A stretch of 64,000 nt of DNA from a virus, in the IMG/VR virus record IMGVR_UViG_3300045988_054118, positions 1 to 64,000 of that record; one strand, written 5' to 3'. Positions 35,880 through 45,346 of this stretch are shown here, piece by piece. How positions within the stretch are numbered: position 1 is the first letter of the stretch; each line of letters opens with the position of its first letter. A program made the translations under genes and the position numbers. Below the pieces are notes generated by a model that made no database searches, had not been told where the DNA came from, and saw only the letters and a program-made list of their open reading frames with translations.

Positions 35880-36285
35880 ATTTAATCAGATTTTTTGTGA
35901 GGATTTGAAAGATGATTTCGAGGAAGCTGGTAGGCATGAGAGAAATTTCGAGTTAGACGAGTTTATTCAGAAGGATTTAAGTAGAGCATTTGCGTTTGGT
36001 TATTGTCATTTAGACTGGATAAAGGAGAAAATGTGGTTTCCTGTTCCTATTAGGAAGGCTTTACGGCATTTAGGAGACGACCTAGAAGATTTTGCTCCTC
36101 AGCTTAAATGGCTTAACGAAAAATATGGTGCTATAGGAAAGAGAGTTAGAATTGTTGATTACGCAAACTATATTTTAGATAATATATTTTGTGACAATCA
36201 AGACGATTTGCTAAAGATAGCAATATTACTCGGAACTAACATGAGAGTAAATACTGCTGATGAGCAGGCTAGAAGTGTTCACTGA
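35872..36285 (+). CDS. Hypothetical protein
   Basis: ORF of 137 aa. Confidence 0.45.
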   Translation: MIEFNQIFCEDLKDDFEEAGRHERNFELDEFIQKDLSRAFAFGYCHLDWIKEKMWFPVPIRKALRHLGDDLEDFAPQLKWLNEKYGAIGKRVRIVDYANYILDNIFCDNQDDLLKIAILLGTNMRVNTADEQARSVH

Positions 36286-36703
36286 TGGAGCTTTTAGCTC
36301 GTCTAGAGACACAGGAGGAGTAGGAGTTGTATTCGTAATTGATGGGGAAAAAGCCTATGAATTTAGTAAGATGATTCCTAATACTACTAATAATAAATGT
36401 GAGTTGTTAGCAGTAATTTATGCTCTAAATGCAGTAAGTCGTAAAATCGAATCTCTGACTATTTACTCAGATTCTCAGTACGTCATAGGATGTGCTACTA
36501 AAGGATGGAAAAGAAAGAAGAATATAGAGTTATGGAATTTATACGACAAGGTCTTAAATAAGGCAAAGCAATTTTGTCCTAATATAGATTTTTGTTGGGT
36601 GAAAGGACATACTTCAAGTTCAGACTTCTTTTCTCAGATGAATAATCTCGCAGATAAATTAGCAGTTGAAGCAAGTCAGGAATATGAAACTAAGAAAGAA
36701 TAA
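36260..36703 (+). CDS. rnhA: Ribonuclease H (RNase HI-like)
   Basis: Catalytic pattern TDGAF…ELLAVIYAL…YSDSQYVI…WVKGHTSS…NNLADKLA. Confidence 0.75.
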   Translation: MSRLEVFTDGAFSSSRDTGGVGVVFVIDGEKAYEFSKMIPNTTNNKCELLAVIYALNAVSRKIESLTIYSDSQYVIGCATKGWKRKKNIELWNLYDKVLNKAKQFCPNIDFCWVKGHTSSSDFFSQMNNLADKLAVEASQEYETKKE

Positions 36704-37100
36704 GAATAAGAAACTTATCAAAGAAGCTATGAAGTTTTATCCATTCGATTATGGATTTGTTCTCTCTTTAGAGAAACAAGCCCTAATTAGAATGTATGAA
36801 TACTTTAAGGTATCTAGAATTGCGGAAGGCAATGAACGTGTCGAAAAAGAGCTAAATCTAGCACTAAAGCTATTAGATATTGTGCTAGAAATAGATTCTG
36901 CGTATCACCATGACTTTAGACCTGGGTCAAAGGGATTTGTAGATAGACACATAAATACTAAAAATTGGAATCGATTCCACCCTAAGGCTGCTGATCTCGA
37001 TTGGAATACCCCAATCCTTAAAGATTATCTGAGAAGAGAAAAAGCCTGGTACTTATACAACAAACTAAAGTTTGAACGTATGAGGTCTTGGTGGGATTAA
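36666..37100 (+). CDS. Hypothetical protein
   Basis: ORF of 144 aa. Confidence 0.45.
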   Translation: MKQVRNMKLRKNKNKKLIKEAMKFYPFDYGFVLSLEKQALIRMYEYFKVSRIAEGNERVEKELNLALKLLDIVLEIDSAYHHDFRPGSKGFVDRHINTKNWNRFHPKAADLDWNTPILKDYLRREKAWYLYNKLKFERMRSWWD

Positions 37101-37116
37101 TTTAATTAATAGAATT

Positions 37117-38133
37117 ATGAAGAAAATTTTTAGTATTATTTGTTTGTGTTTAATGTGCGTGTTTGCTAGCGCACAAGTTGTTGAAACTGGAAGTTTGAAA
37201 GATAACTGGTATGTTTCTGGTAATGTAAGTACTACAATTTGGGACAACTCAAGAAGTTGGGCTGAACCTCATGATGTATTAGTAAATATTGCGGTGGGTA
37301 AAGAAATTACTCCTATCTTCGGACTAGAGTTAGATATGATGGCAGGTATGAATCAAGGCAGTAAAACGTTCTTCGATTCCCATAACCTTACAGCTAATGT
37401 AACTACTAATCTAACTAATCTTATTTGTGGATACGAAGGCTCTAGACGTTTATTTGAGCCTGTATTACTGATAGGTGCTGGTTGGTATCATACTTATGGT
37501 GATGTTTATAATAATGTATCTGCAAGAGGTGCAATTAGATGCAACTTTAATATTACTGATAGTTGGGCACTAAATGTTACTCCAGAGTATATGCTACTTC
37601 CAAAGACTACTCCTCTAAATCATGAAGTAAATGTTTATGTAGGAGCTACTTACCGATTTAAGTCTAATAAAGGAAACTTTCCTATGATGAAACTATATAG
37701 TGACGCTGAAGTAGAAAGTCTTAATGCTGCCATTAACGAGTTGAGGGCTAAGAATAGCGAATTGGAATCTCGTAAACCAGTAGAAATAATTAAGACTGAT
37801 ACTATAGTAGTTACTAAGGTAGAACTTCTTACACCTAAAATTCAGTTTTTACAGAACTCTTCTGAAATCTCTACAACTTCTAATGTTGCAGTATCGGAGT
37901 TAGCAGCTTATATTTCAAATAGTGGTAAGTCATATATGATTGAGGGATATGCTTCTGAAGAAGGTCCAGTAGATTTTAATGACAACTTAGCTGTAGCTAG
38001 AGCAGAATCTATGAAGAAGGCCCTTATCAGTTATGGCGCTCCAGAGGATAAGCTTATAGTTAAAGGCTGCGGAAGCACTACTGAGTTTGGAGATAGAGAA
38101 TTTAACAGAATCGTAATCGTAACAGAACAATGA
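37117..38133 (+). CDS. OmpA-family outer-membrane protein (signal peptide, beta-barrel-like N-domain, C-terminal OmpA peptidoglycan-binding domain)
   Basis: Signal peptide MKKIFSIICLCLMCVFASAQ; C-terminus …EGYASEEGPVDFNDNLAVARAESMKKALISYG… matches the OmpA_C fold. Confidence 0.65.
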   Translation: MKKIFSIICLCLMCVFASAQVVETGSLKDNWYVSGNVSTTIWDNSRSWAEPHDVLVNIAVGKEITPIFGLELDMMAGMNQGSKTFFDSHNLTANVTTNLTNLICGYEGSRRLFEPVLLIGAGWYHTYGDVYNNVSARGAIRCNFNITDSWALNVTPEYMLLPKTTPLNHEVNVYVGATYRFKSNKGNFPMMKLYSDAEVESLNAAINELRAKNSELESRKPVEIIKTDTIVVTKVELLTPKIQFLQNSSEISTTSNVAVSELAAYISNSGKSYMIEGYASEEGPVDFNDNLAVARAESMKKALISYGAPEDKLIVKGCGSTTEFGDREFNRIVIVTEQ

Positions 38134-38380
38134 AATACAAGAAAAAAGTAAAATGGTTAAAGGATAAACAGGGAAAAGATTTCCAAGCTGCAACCACTAG
38201 ACCTGGTTCCGTTAAAACTCGATAATCTATGTTAGCTATTATACTAGCAATAGTCTTGATAATCGCCTTTATTTATTACGACCCATATGTAGATATTACA
38301 GAGGATAATGTCTTATTATGGTATAATGGTAAGGGATATAGGGAATACATTATTCTGTGGTCCAGAAATACTAATTAAGT

Positions 38381-38695
38381 ATGGACGTAAAGATTATGTT
38401 GATAAGTGATTGTATAGGAGTTGTGCTCTATGCGCTCCTATACTATACACTTTATCATACCTATGAACTAGATTATTTAGGTTCTGGAAGGTGGAGAAGG
38501 TGGAGAAGAATATCTGTGCCTGGTTGGGCTGTAGTTATAGCCCTAGTGAGCCTATGTCTTCCTCCTGTAGCTGTCTCGCTTTCTATAGTAAGCTGGATTA
38601 TATATATGCTTAAGTTTCTCGGCGATAAATATTACGAGGTAGACGTTTCTTTTATTAAGTTTTTATCAAACTCAATACATGACACGAATATTTAA
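38381..38695 (+). CDS. Small membrane protein; contains a tandem 9-bp repeat (GGTGGAGAA x2) encoding RWRRWRR
   Basis: Two TM segments. Confidence 0.4.
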   Translation: MDVKIMLISDCIGVVLYALLYYTLYHTYELDYLGSGRWRRWRRISVPGWAVVIALVSLCLPPVAVSLSIVSWIIYMLKFLGDKYYEVDVSFIKFLSNSIHDTNI

Positions 38696-39191
38696 ACATC
38701 TAATTAGGATTATTAAGCATAAATACTGGGTAGCACACTATTGTTTCCAGTTAGGTCTTTATTGGCAGGGAATAGTACATGACTGGTCTAAGTTTAGCTA
38801 TACTGAATTTAGTAGGTCAATAAAGTACTGGGACGATACTATTAGTCCTCTAGCTAATGAGAAAAACATACACGGATATTCTGAAACCTTCCTACATCAT
38901 CGAGGAAGAAATCCACATCACTATGAATATTGGGTTCATAGTTTAGATGAAGGAGGAGTTCCAGCGAAAATGCCAAGAAAATATGCTTTGGAATTAGTCT
39001 GTGATTATCTGGCTGCTGGGAGAACCTATAATAAAGATTTTACCTATGGGAGTGAGTACAACTGGTGGATTAAATTTCTAAGTTCACCTAGAGCTATACA
39101 CTCAGAAACCAAGGACTTCGTAACTAAATGCTTTAGGCATTTGAGTGCCGGAGGTAATATTAAATATTTATTGAAAATTGACTATGAGTAA
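38679..39191 (+). CDS. Hypothetical His-rich protein (possible metal-dependent hydrolase)
   Basis: H-rich motifs VHDWSK and HHRGRNPHHYEYWVH. Confidence 0.4.
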   Translation: MTRIFKHLIRIIKHKYWVAHYCFQLGLYWQGIVHDWSKFSYTEFSRSIKYWDDTISPLANEKNIHGYSETFLHHRGRNPHHYEYWVHSLDEGGVPAKMPRKYALELVCDYLAAGRTYNKDFTYGSEYNWWIKFLSSPRAIHSETKDFVTKCFRHLSAGGNIKYLLKIDYE

Positions 39192-40002
39192 GATAATAGG
39201 GCAAGACAAGTTAATTAAGGAAGTTAATAGAATATTTCAGGTATTTGTAAATAGTAATTGCAAGATGAGACCGCACTTTATTCTTACAGGCGAGAGCGGG
39301 TCTGGTAAGAGCTTTACTATTAAACAGTTGTGTGATATGAATGAACTTAACTTTCTAGAAGTTAATGCAGCTCAAATAACTAAAGAGGGTATTTCTGGAA
39401 ATAGTTTAAGCAAAATTCTATCTCCACTTATTAACTATAGTCACACACCTATTGTAGTCTTCGTAGACGAGTTTGATAAACTTTTCATCAACGGAAACAC
39501 TAATAGCCAACTGGCTAATGAATCTACTGCCAGTGTACAGAATGAGTTTCTCAAACTTTTAGAGTCTGATACTACTAGTGTTTTTGGCGATTATGGGAAG
39601 TATATATCAGTCCCTATTGATAATGTACTATTTGTGTTTGCCGGAGCCTTCAATAATGAGCCTCACATTACATTAGATAGACTAAGAGACTTTGGAGTTA
39701 AAACAGAGTTTCTTGGAAGAGTAGGATTAATCTACAATACTAAACCTCTCACTCTAGAGGATTTGTATTCTATTTTGGAGTGTTCAGACTTGTTGCAGAA
39801 TTATCTTGACTTATTCTTTAATGTAAATAGAGAACAAGTCATTAGTGATTTGAAAGGGTATCTCGAAAGTTCTTTTCGCAATAATACTCTTGGAGCAAGA
39901 ACAATTAATACTCTTATTCACCAATACTTTATCAAAGGTGGAAAACTTGAAACTGAAGAAGTAAAAGAAATAACTTTTAACAAAAAATTAGAATGGAAAT
40001 AA
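39178..40002 (+). CDS. ClpX/HslU-like AAA+ ATPase domain protein (no zinc finger)
   Basis: Walker A GESGSGKS, Walker B VVFVDEFDKLF, and ClpX-like segments VQNEFLKLLE and VLFVFAGAF. Confidence 0.6.
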   Translation: MTMSKIIGQDKLIKEVNRIFQVFVNSNCKMRPHFILTGESGSGKSFTIKQLCDMNELNFLEVNAAQITKEGISGNSLSKILSPLINYSHTPIVVFVDEFDKLFINGNTNSQLANESTASVQNEFLKLLESDTTSVFGDYGKYISVPIDNVLFVFAGAFNNEPHITLDRLRDFGVKTEFLGRVGLIYNTKPLTLEDLYSILECSDLLQNYLDLFFNVNREQVISDLKGYLESSFRNNTLGARTINTLIHQYFIKGGKLETEEVKEITFNKKLEWK

Positions 40003-41543
40003 TTAATGCTACAGATGGTTACAAATTGGGCCATCACAGAATGTACCCCGAAGGTACTGAACAAGTTTATAGTAACTGGACTCCTAGAAGTAACAAGTAC
40101 TTTCCAGAAGCTACCGAAGGTTCTGTAGTATTCGGAATCCAATATTTAATTAAAAAGTATTTGATCGACGAATTTAATAAGAATTTCTTTGTATTGCCTA
40201 AAGAGAAAGCTATAGAAATGTTTTATCGGAGAGTCCACAACTTCGTTGGAATTGAGTCCGTGGGATATAGACATATTGAGGCTTTGTATGATTTAGGATA
40301 TCTCCCTATTCGTATTAAAGCGTTGCCAGAAGGTTCAGTATGTCCTATTAGAGTTCCTATGATGACTATTACTAATACGAAACCAGAGTTCTTTTGGTTA
40401 ACTAATTATCTAGAGACTTTGATTAGTTGTACTTTGTGGATGCCTTGTACCTCTGCCACTAGAGCAAGACTCTATAAGAAAGAACTCAAAAGACACTCAG
40501 TACACACTGGATTTCCGGAGGATGTAAACCTGGATTTCTTGTGTCATGACTTCTCTATGAGAGGAATGGCTGGTTTGGAAGCGTCTGTTATTTCTGGTAT
40601 GGCTCATATGACTTCATTTGTAGGAAGTGAAACTATTCCTGCTATTGCAGCTCTTGAAGAGTATTATGGAGCTAATTCGGATAGTGAATTAATTGCTGCT
40701 ACTGTTCCGGCTACTGAACATTCGGTAATGTGTGCAGGAGGAGAAGAGGACGAGTTAGGAACATATAAACGTCTTATTAATGAGTTATATCCTACTGGGT
40801 TTGTTTCTATTGTATCTGATACTTGGGATTTCTGGAATGTAATTGAAAATTTCTTGCCTAAGCTGAAGAAAGACATTATGGCTCGTGATGGTAGAGTAGT
40901 AATCCGTCCTGATAGTGGAGACCCAGTAGATATAATCTGCGGGTTGAGAACTAATCCTCACTTCAATACCAGAATGAAAGAAGGTAAGTATTATTGCTGC
41001 TATGCTCCGTTTAACGACGATGCAGAGTATGTTGAAGTGTCCGAAGGTCAATATTATGGGGCATATTATATGCTTGGTAAAATCTTCGGATGGAATACTA
41101 CTTCAAAGGATTACCGCTATCCTAGCACTAAGGTTGGTCTGCTTTATGGAGATTCTATTACTCTAGAACGTCAAAAGCAAATCTACTTGAGATTAGAAAA
41201 CGCTCATATGGCGGCTTGTAATCTCGTTCTGGGAGTAGGTTCATATTCCTATCAGTATGCAAGTAGAGATAGTCTTGGGTTTGCTATTAAGGCTACTGCT
41301 TGCGTAGTAAATGGCGAGTTGAAAGAAATCTTCAAACATCCTAAAACTGATGATGGTACTAAGAACTCTTTGAAAGGTTTGATTGCTGTCTATAAAGGTC
41401 TGGATGGGAAGTATACTGCTACCGACCAGGTCTCAATCGAGGAAGAAAAAGAGGGATGCTTAGAGACTGTCTTTGAAGATGGTATCTTGAAGAAAGAATA
41501 TTCTCTTGAAGAAATCAGACAAAGAATTGACCATGGACTTTAA
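39993..41543 (+). CDS. nadV: Nicotinamide phosphoribosyltransferase family protein (Nampt/NadV-like; may instead be the nicotinamide-ADP-ribose transferase Namat of NARP1)
   Basis: 516 aa; N-terminus INATDGYKLGHHRMYPEGTEQVYS and overall length typical of NadV/Nampt. Confidence 0.65.
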   Translation: MEIINATDGYKLGHHRMYPEGTEQVYSNWTPRSNKYFPEATEGSVVFGIQYLIKKYLIDEFNKNFFVLPKEKAIEMFYRRVHNFVGIESVGYRHIEALYDLGYLPIRIKALPEGSVCPIRVPMMTITNTKPEFFWLTNYLETLISCTLWMPCTSATRARLYKKELKRHSVHTGFPEDVNLDFLCHDFSMRGMAGLEASVISGMAHMTSFVGSETIPAIAALEEYYGANSDSELIAATVPATEHSVMCAGGEEDELGTYKRLINELYPTGFVSIVSDTWDFWNVIENFLPKLKKDIMARDGRVVIRPDSGDPVDIICGLRTNPHFNTRMKEGKYYCCYAPFNDDAEYVEVSEGQYYGAYYMLGKIFGWNTTSKDYRYPSTKVGLLYGDSITLERQKQIYLRLENAHMAACNLVLGVGSYSYQYASRDSLGFAIKATACVVNGELKEIFKHPKTDDGTKNSLKGLIAVYKGLDGKYTATDQVSIEEEKEGCLETVFEDGILKKEYSLEEIRQRIDHGL

Positions 41544-41970
41544 TCATCCTTTTGGGAAAGAAGCTTGCAAGAAACGACTATTAGAAGAGTATCATAAATA
41601 CAGAAAGCTAATAGTCGCTTTCGATTTTGATAATACTATTTTCGATTACCATAATACTGGCGGAGATTATAGTTGCGTTATAGAACTACTTAAAGAATGC
41701 TCACTTCTAGGTTTTGAAATGATTTTATTCACCACTGATGAAGATGATTATAAAATTATGGCAAAGCAGACAATTTGTATGCGATTAGGAATAGCAAATA
41801 TTACTTCTAATACTTTATCTGCTCCAAACATTAGTAGTTCTATATTCTCTAAATCTAAGAAACCTTATTACAATATCCTCCTAGATGATAGGGCAGGTCT
41901 AGAAGAAAGTTATGAAATCTTAAAATATGTAGTAGATGAAATTAAACTTAATCAACAAGGAAATCAGTGA
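41506..41970 (+). CDS. HAD-superfamily hydrolase-like protein
   Basis: DxDxT motif (VAFDFDNTIFDY) near the N-terminus. Confidence 0.45.
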   Translation: MKKSDKELTMDFNHPFGKEACKKRLLEEYHKYRKLIVAFDFDNTIFDYHNTGGDYSCVIELLKECSLLGFEMILFTTDEDDYKIMAKQTICMRLGIANITSNTLSAPNISSSIFSKSKKPYYNILLDDRAGLEESYEILKYVVDEIKLNQQGNQ

Positions 41971-42745
41971 AATTAAGTACGATGTTACTAGATTTCCTGA
42001 TGGAGAGCCTCAGTTTTTCCTTACTGAGGAATTAAACAGAAAGGAATCTATTGATGTCATTTGTAGAATATCTAATACTGAGGATTTATTTCTCTTAATG
42101 CAAGTAGGAGATATTTTAGATAGACAAGAAGTAGAATGGGATTTACACATTACTTATTTAATGTCTATGCGTATGGATAGAGTAATGAGTTTTAATCGTC
42201 CATTCTCCTTGAAAGTAGTATGTAATATGTTAAATAGCTTAGGCTATAGAAACATATATGTTCTTGAGGCACATTCTAGTAGAACTTTTCATCTTCTTGG
42301 TGACAGATGTTTACCTTGGGAATTTGGACACCATTCTTGGATTCCAGCCCAAAGTAATATCGTGTTCCCAGACCATGGGGCGAAGGACAGATATGGAAGT
42401 AACTATTCTCACTATGGTTATTTAGTCTTCAAAAAGGAAAGAAATCTAGAGACTGGAAGAATTGAGTCCTTTGAAATAGAGGAGTCTAAGAATTGCTACT
42501 ATTCTACATTTGTGTTCATTGATGACTTGTGTGATGCTGGAGGAACTTTCCTAGGAGAGCTTAAGGTTCTCAAAGAGAGATATCCAAATAGCAAGTTTAT
42601 CATAATCGTATGTCATGCAGTTAATGATAAAGGCCTGGTTAATATGTGTAATAATTTTGACCAGGTTATTGTATCTAATTCTCATAGGGATATTAATTAT
42701 CGTCCCAGCAACGAGAACTTAACTGTAATAGACGTTTGTAAATAA
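41936..42745 (+). CDS. prs: Ribose-phosphate pyrophosphokinase family protein (Prs-like; may instead be the ADP-ribose pyrophosphokinase Adps of NARP1)
   Basis: PRPP-binding motif FVFIDDLCDAGGT (compare VIIVDDIIDTGGT); 269 aa. Confidence 0.55.
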   Translation: MKLNLINKEISEIKYDVTRFPDGEPQFFLTEELNRKESIDVICRISNTEDLFLLMQVGDILDRQEVEWDLHITYLMSMRMDRVMSFNRPFSLKVVCNMLNSLGYRNIYVLEAHSSRTFHLLGDRCLPWEFGHHSWIPAQSNIVFPDHGAKDRYGSNYSHYGYLVFKKERNLETGRIESFEIEESKNCYYSTFVFIDDLCDAGGTFLGELKVLKERYPNSKFIIIVCHAVNDKGLVNMCNNFDQVIVSNSHRDINYRPSNENLTVIDVCK

Positions 42746-42754
42746 CAAAATAAA

Positions 42755-43057
42755 ATGGTAATTGAAGGTCCTTTTTACAGACTTACTCCCATTAGTGAAT
42801 CTTCTCCGAGGTTTGACTTGGAATTGTTGTATGATATTGGTGGGAAAAATCCGAGAAAAGAATTTAAAGTGGAGGGCTATGGCTATCCCCTAGAAGCTGC
42901 TATAGAGCGATGTCGCCATTATGCAGTAAGAAAAAAGTTCGGAAAAGATGAAGTTATAACTTTAGGTAGGTACTTAGATGAGTTTAAAAAGGCAAAGGAG
43001 GAAATTAAACTCGAAGTCTCAGGAGATTCAGGAGATTCTAGCGGAGAGGCTGAATAA
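42755..43057 (+). CDS. Hypothetical protein
   Basis: ORF of 100 aa. Confidence 0.4.
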   Translation: MVIEGPFYRLTPISESSPRFDLELLYDIGGKNPRKEFKVEGYGYPLEAAIERCRHYAVRKKFGKDEVITLGRYLDEFKKAKEEIKLEVSGDSGDSSGEAE

Positions 43058-43451
43058 GCTTTGTAGATTCTTAGATGAGGAATATGACGTTAATTGTGGA
43101 GGGTGTTGCTATATAGCATACTGTCTAGCCAGGCTACTAAGTAGAGATAAATTCAAGTTCAAAGTCATTATTTACGAGGATTATGAACTAGAAGAAAAGT
43201 TTAGCGAAGTAGCGAGAAGTCATTATCATTATGCGATTTCTATTGGAAAGTACACCATAAACGCAGCAGATTGTGATGATGACGATAGCTTTTGCAGAAA
43301 TGTGTATACTGGTGTAAAAGCTTCCGAACTACTATCTCACTATCAGAAATGTAGCTGGAATGACTGTTATAATACTCAAAAGAATCAATTCATTTTTAAG
43401 ACTATAAAGGTATTTTATGACGACCTCACGGAGGACTTACGAGAAGGATAA
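42978..43451 (+). CDS. Hypothetical protein (N-terminal start uncertain; overlaps the upstream ORF)
   Basis: ORF of 157 aa. Confidence 0.4.
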   Translation: MSLKRQRRKLNSKSQEIQEILAERLNKLCRFLDEEYDVNCGGCCYIAYCLARLLSRDKFKFKVIIYEDYELEEKFSEVARSHYHYAISIGKYTINAADCDDDDSFCRNVYTGVKASELLSHYQKCSWNDCYNTQKNQFIFKTIKVFYDDLTEDLREG

Positions 43452-43681
43452 ACAGATTGTGCATACGCATGATAAGTTTATCTACTGTAGTTCAGTATAT
43501 CAAATATGGAGCTGGGGAGCTGCTCTAATGGAAGAAAAATACTACTCTTCTAATAAACCCATTGTATTGAAAAAGAATCAACTATGCTGTAAGAGGAAGA
43601 AATACTCTCTGCATAGGTTCTTTGAATTACAATTTGCTCCCGAAGAATATTTAATTAATAACGGTTTTAAAATTGTAGAAA

Positions 43682-44266
43682 ATGAAACAGGATGTGATTG
43701 AGTACATGGTAGACTCATTTGTAGACTTTAAGGGTGAAGAACGTAAAATTGTAGCTTGTGCTTTAAGTCAGGCTGCTGAAGTAAGTGAGGATGATTGTGT
43801 CTTAGCAGTAGGTTGGGTGGCTCCCGATGAATACATATGCACAAATGATCCGGACTATGCTAGAATCTGTAGAGTAGTAACCGTTGGTATTGCAGTATGT
43901 AATCCTAGTGATACCTTCGATTTGGCTAAGGGACAGAAGAAGGCTTACGATAAGGCTCTTCATGATCCAAAGTGTCCAGCTATTTATACTACATCTAGAG
44001 GTGTAGCAGGTAAAGTGCTGGTAAAAGCATTCTTGGAACAGGAGCTTACTTTCTTGAAAGAAAATCCAGAGCGTATCATTAAGGGATATAACCAAATGAA
44101 AGCTCGGTTTGAAAGAAAAGAAGCCCTCAAAAATGAAATCAAAAATCTCTCTGATAAAGAGAAGCAAGCTTTGAATCTAGCTAAAGAAGGTATAGATGTA
44201 GTTAAATGCGCTGAACTGGTAACTAAAGCCAAAGCAATAGGCGTTGATCTGAATGAACAGGACTAA
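43682..44266 (+). CDS. Hypothetical protein
   Basis: ORF of 194 aa. Confidence 0.45.
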   Translation: MKQDVIEYMVDSFVDFKGEERKIVACALSQAAEVSEDDCVLAVGWVAPDEYICTNDPDYARICRVVTVGIAVCNPSDTFDLAKGQKKAYDKALHDPKCPAIYTTSRGVAGKVLVKAFLEQELTFLKENPERIIKGYNQMKARFERKEALKNEIKNLSDKEKQALNLAKEGIDVVKCAELVTKAKAIGVDLNEQD

Positions 44267-44558
44267 GTTTTGCTATATCTTAATAGCCTTGATGGGATTG
44301 TTAATTATTTATTTGCTAATACCTAAGAAGGAAACCACAGTTTCTCCACCTAATGTGCAGGAAATAGTAAGGGATTCTATAATTAGAGATAGCATCTATA
44401 TAGTTAACGATTCCATCGTGGAGAAAATTAAGTATATAGACAAAGAGTATGATGAGAAAGTATCTACTATTATGTCTAGTTCTGATAGCATCAATTTGTG
44501 CTTTTTCTCAGAATACATCGACCGTTACAATAACCAGCGAGCAACTAAAAACAACTAA
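44253..44558 (+). CDS. Membrane-anchored hypothetical protein
   Basis: N-terminal TM helix FCYILIALMGLLIIYLLI. Confidence 0.4.
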   Translation: MNRTKFCYILIALMGLLIIYLLIPKKETTVSPPNVQEIVRDSIIRDSIYIVNDSIVEKIKYIDKEYDEKVSTIMSSSDSINLCFFSEYIDRYNNQRATKNN

Positions 44559-44823
44559 TCTGATATTTGCTGAGCATCAGAAGTTGTCTGAAACTGTTCC
44601 GTTATTGAATAAGCGAATAACTAATCTAGAACTAATAAATAAGAGTTGGGAAAAAACGGATTCTCTTCGTAGAGTTCAGTTACTGTATTATGGAAACATA
44701 ATTGAAGATAAAAATAGATCTATTGAAGGTCTTAATAAGTCTTTAAAAAAGAAGCAGAATGTCATTAAATATGGCGCTGCTGGTTCATGTGTATTAATAT
44801 TATTATGCCTATTACTGAAGTAA
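44449..44823 (+). CDS. Secreted coiled-coil protein with a C-terminal TM anchor
   Basis: Signal peptide MMRKYLLLCLVLIASICAFSQ; C-terminus AAGSCVLILLCLLLK. Confidence 0.5.
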   Translation: MMRKYLLLCLVLIASICAFSQNTSTVTITSEQLKTTNLIFAEHQKLSETVPLLNKRITNLELINKSWEKTDSLRRVQLLYYGNIIEDKNRSIEGLNKSLKKKQNVIKYGAAGSCVLILLCLLLK

Positions 44824-44996
44824 TGTTTAAGGACAAAGATGGTTTTCACTACAAACATCCTGAACGTAGCTGCACTAGGTGTAAGAATTACCCTTGCTTG
44901 CCTAACATGGATAAGCTGCAAGGAGACTTCGCTTCTTATGGTTGTAGGAAGTTCGAGGATATTAATACATTTGAAGTGTGGAAACCAAAGAAGTAA
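44787..44996 (+). CDS. Small Cys-rich protein
   Basis: CTRCKNYPC…YGCRKFE. Confidence 0.35.
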   Translation: MCINIIMPITEVMFKDKDGFHYKHPERSCTRCKNYPCLPNMDKLQGDFASYGCRKFEDINTFEVWKPKK

Positions 44997-45301
44997 CTTA
45001 CCATGTCAAATTTGTTGCTGAATGTGAGGACGGGATGGGATACGCTAATTATGTCTTTGAAAGGCTAGAATATGATAATCTAGATTACAAGGATATAATG
45101 TGTGTTCGATTCCCGAATTGGAACCAGTGTTCTATGAAATTAGGAGATGTCGGCTATGTTTCACTAAGATACGTAGAAGAAGGCATCGATAAATGGTACG
45201 ATGGTAAAGATTTTGTTCCATACAAGGATAGTAATATAATTTTCTTGAAATTTATTCATGAAAAGCCTATCATTGAAGATAGACAAATATTATTAGATTA
45301 A
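44978..45301 (+). CDS. Hypothetical protein
   Basis: ORF of 107 aa. Confidence 0.45.
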   Translation: METKEVTYHVKFVAECEDGMGYANYVFERLEYDNLDYKDIMCVRFPNWNQCSMKLGDVGYVSLRYVEEGIDKWYDGKDFVPYKDSNIIFLKFIHEKPIIEDRQILLD

Positions 45302-45346
45302 CATTAAAAAGGAGATAAACTATAAAGTATTTTTAAAGAATAATTT

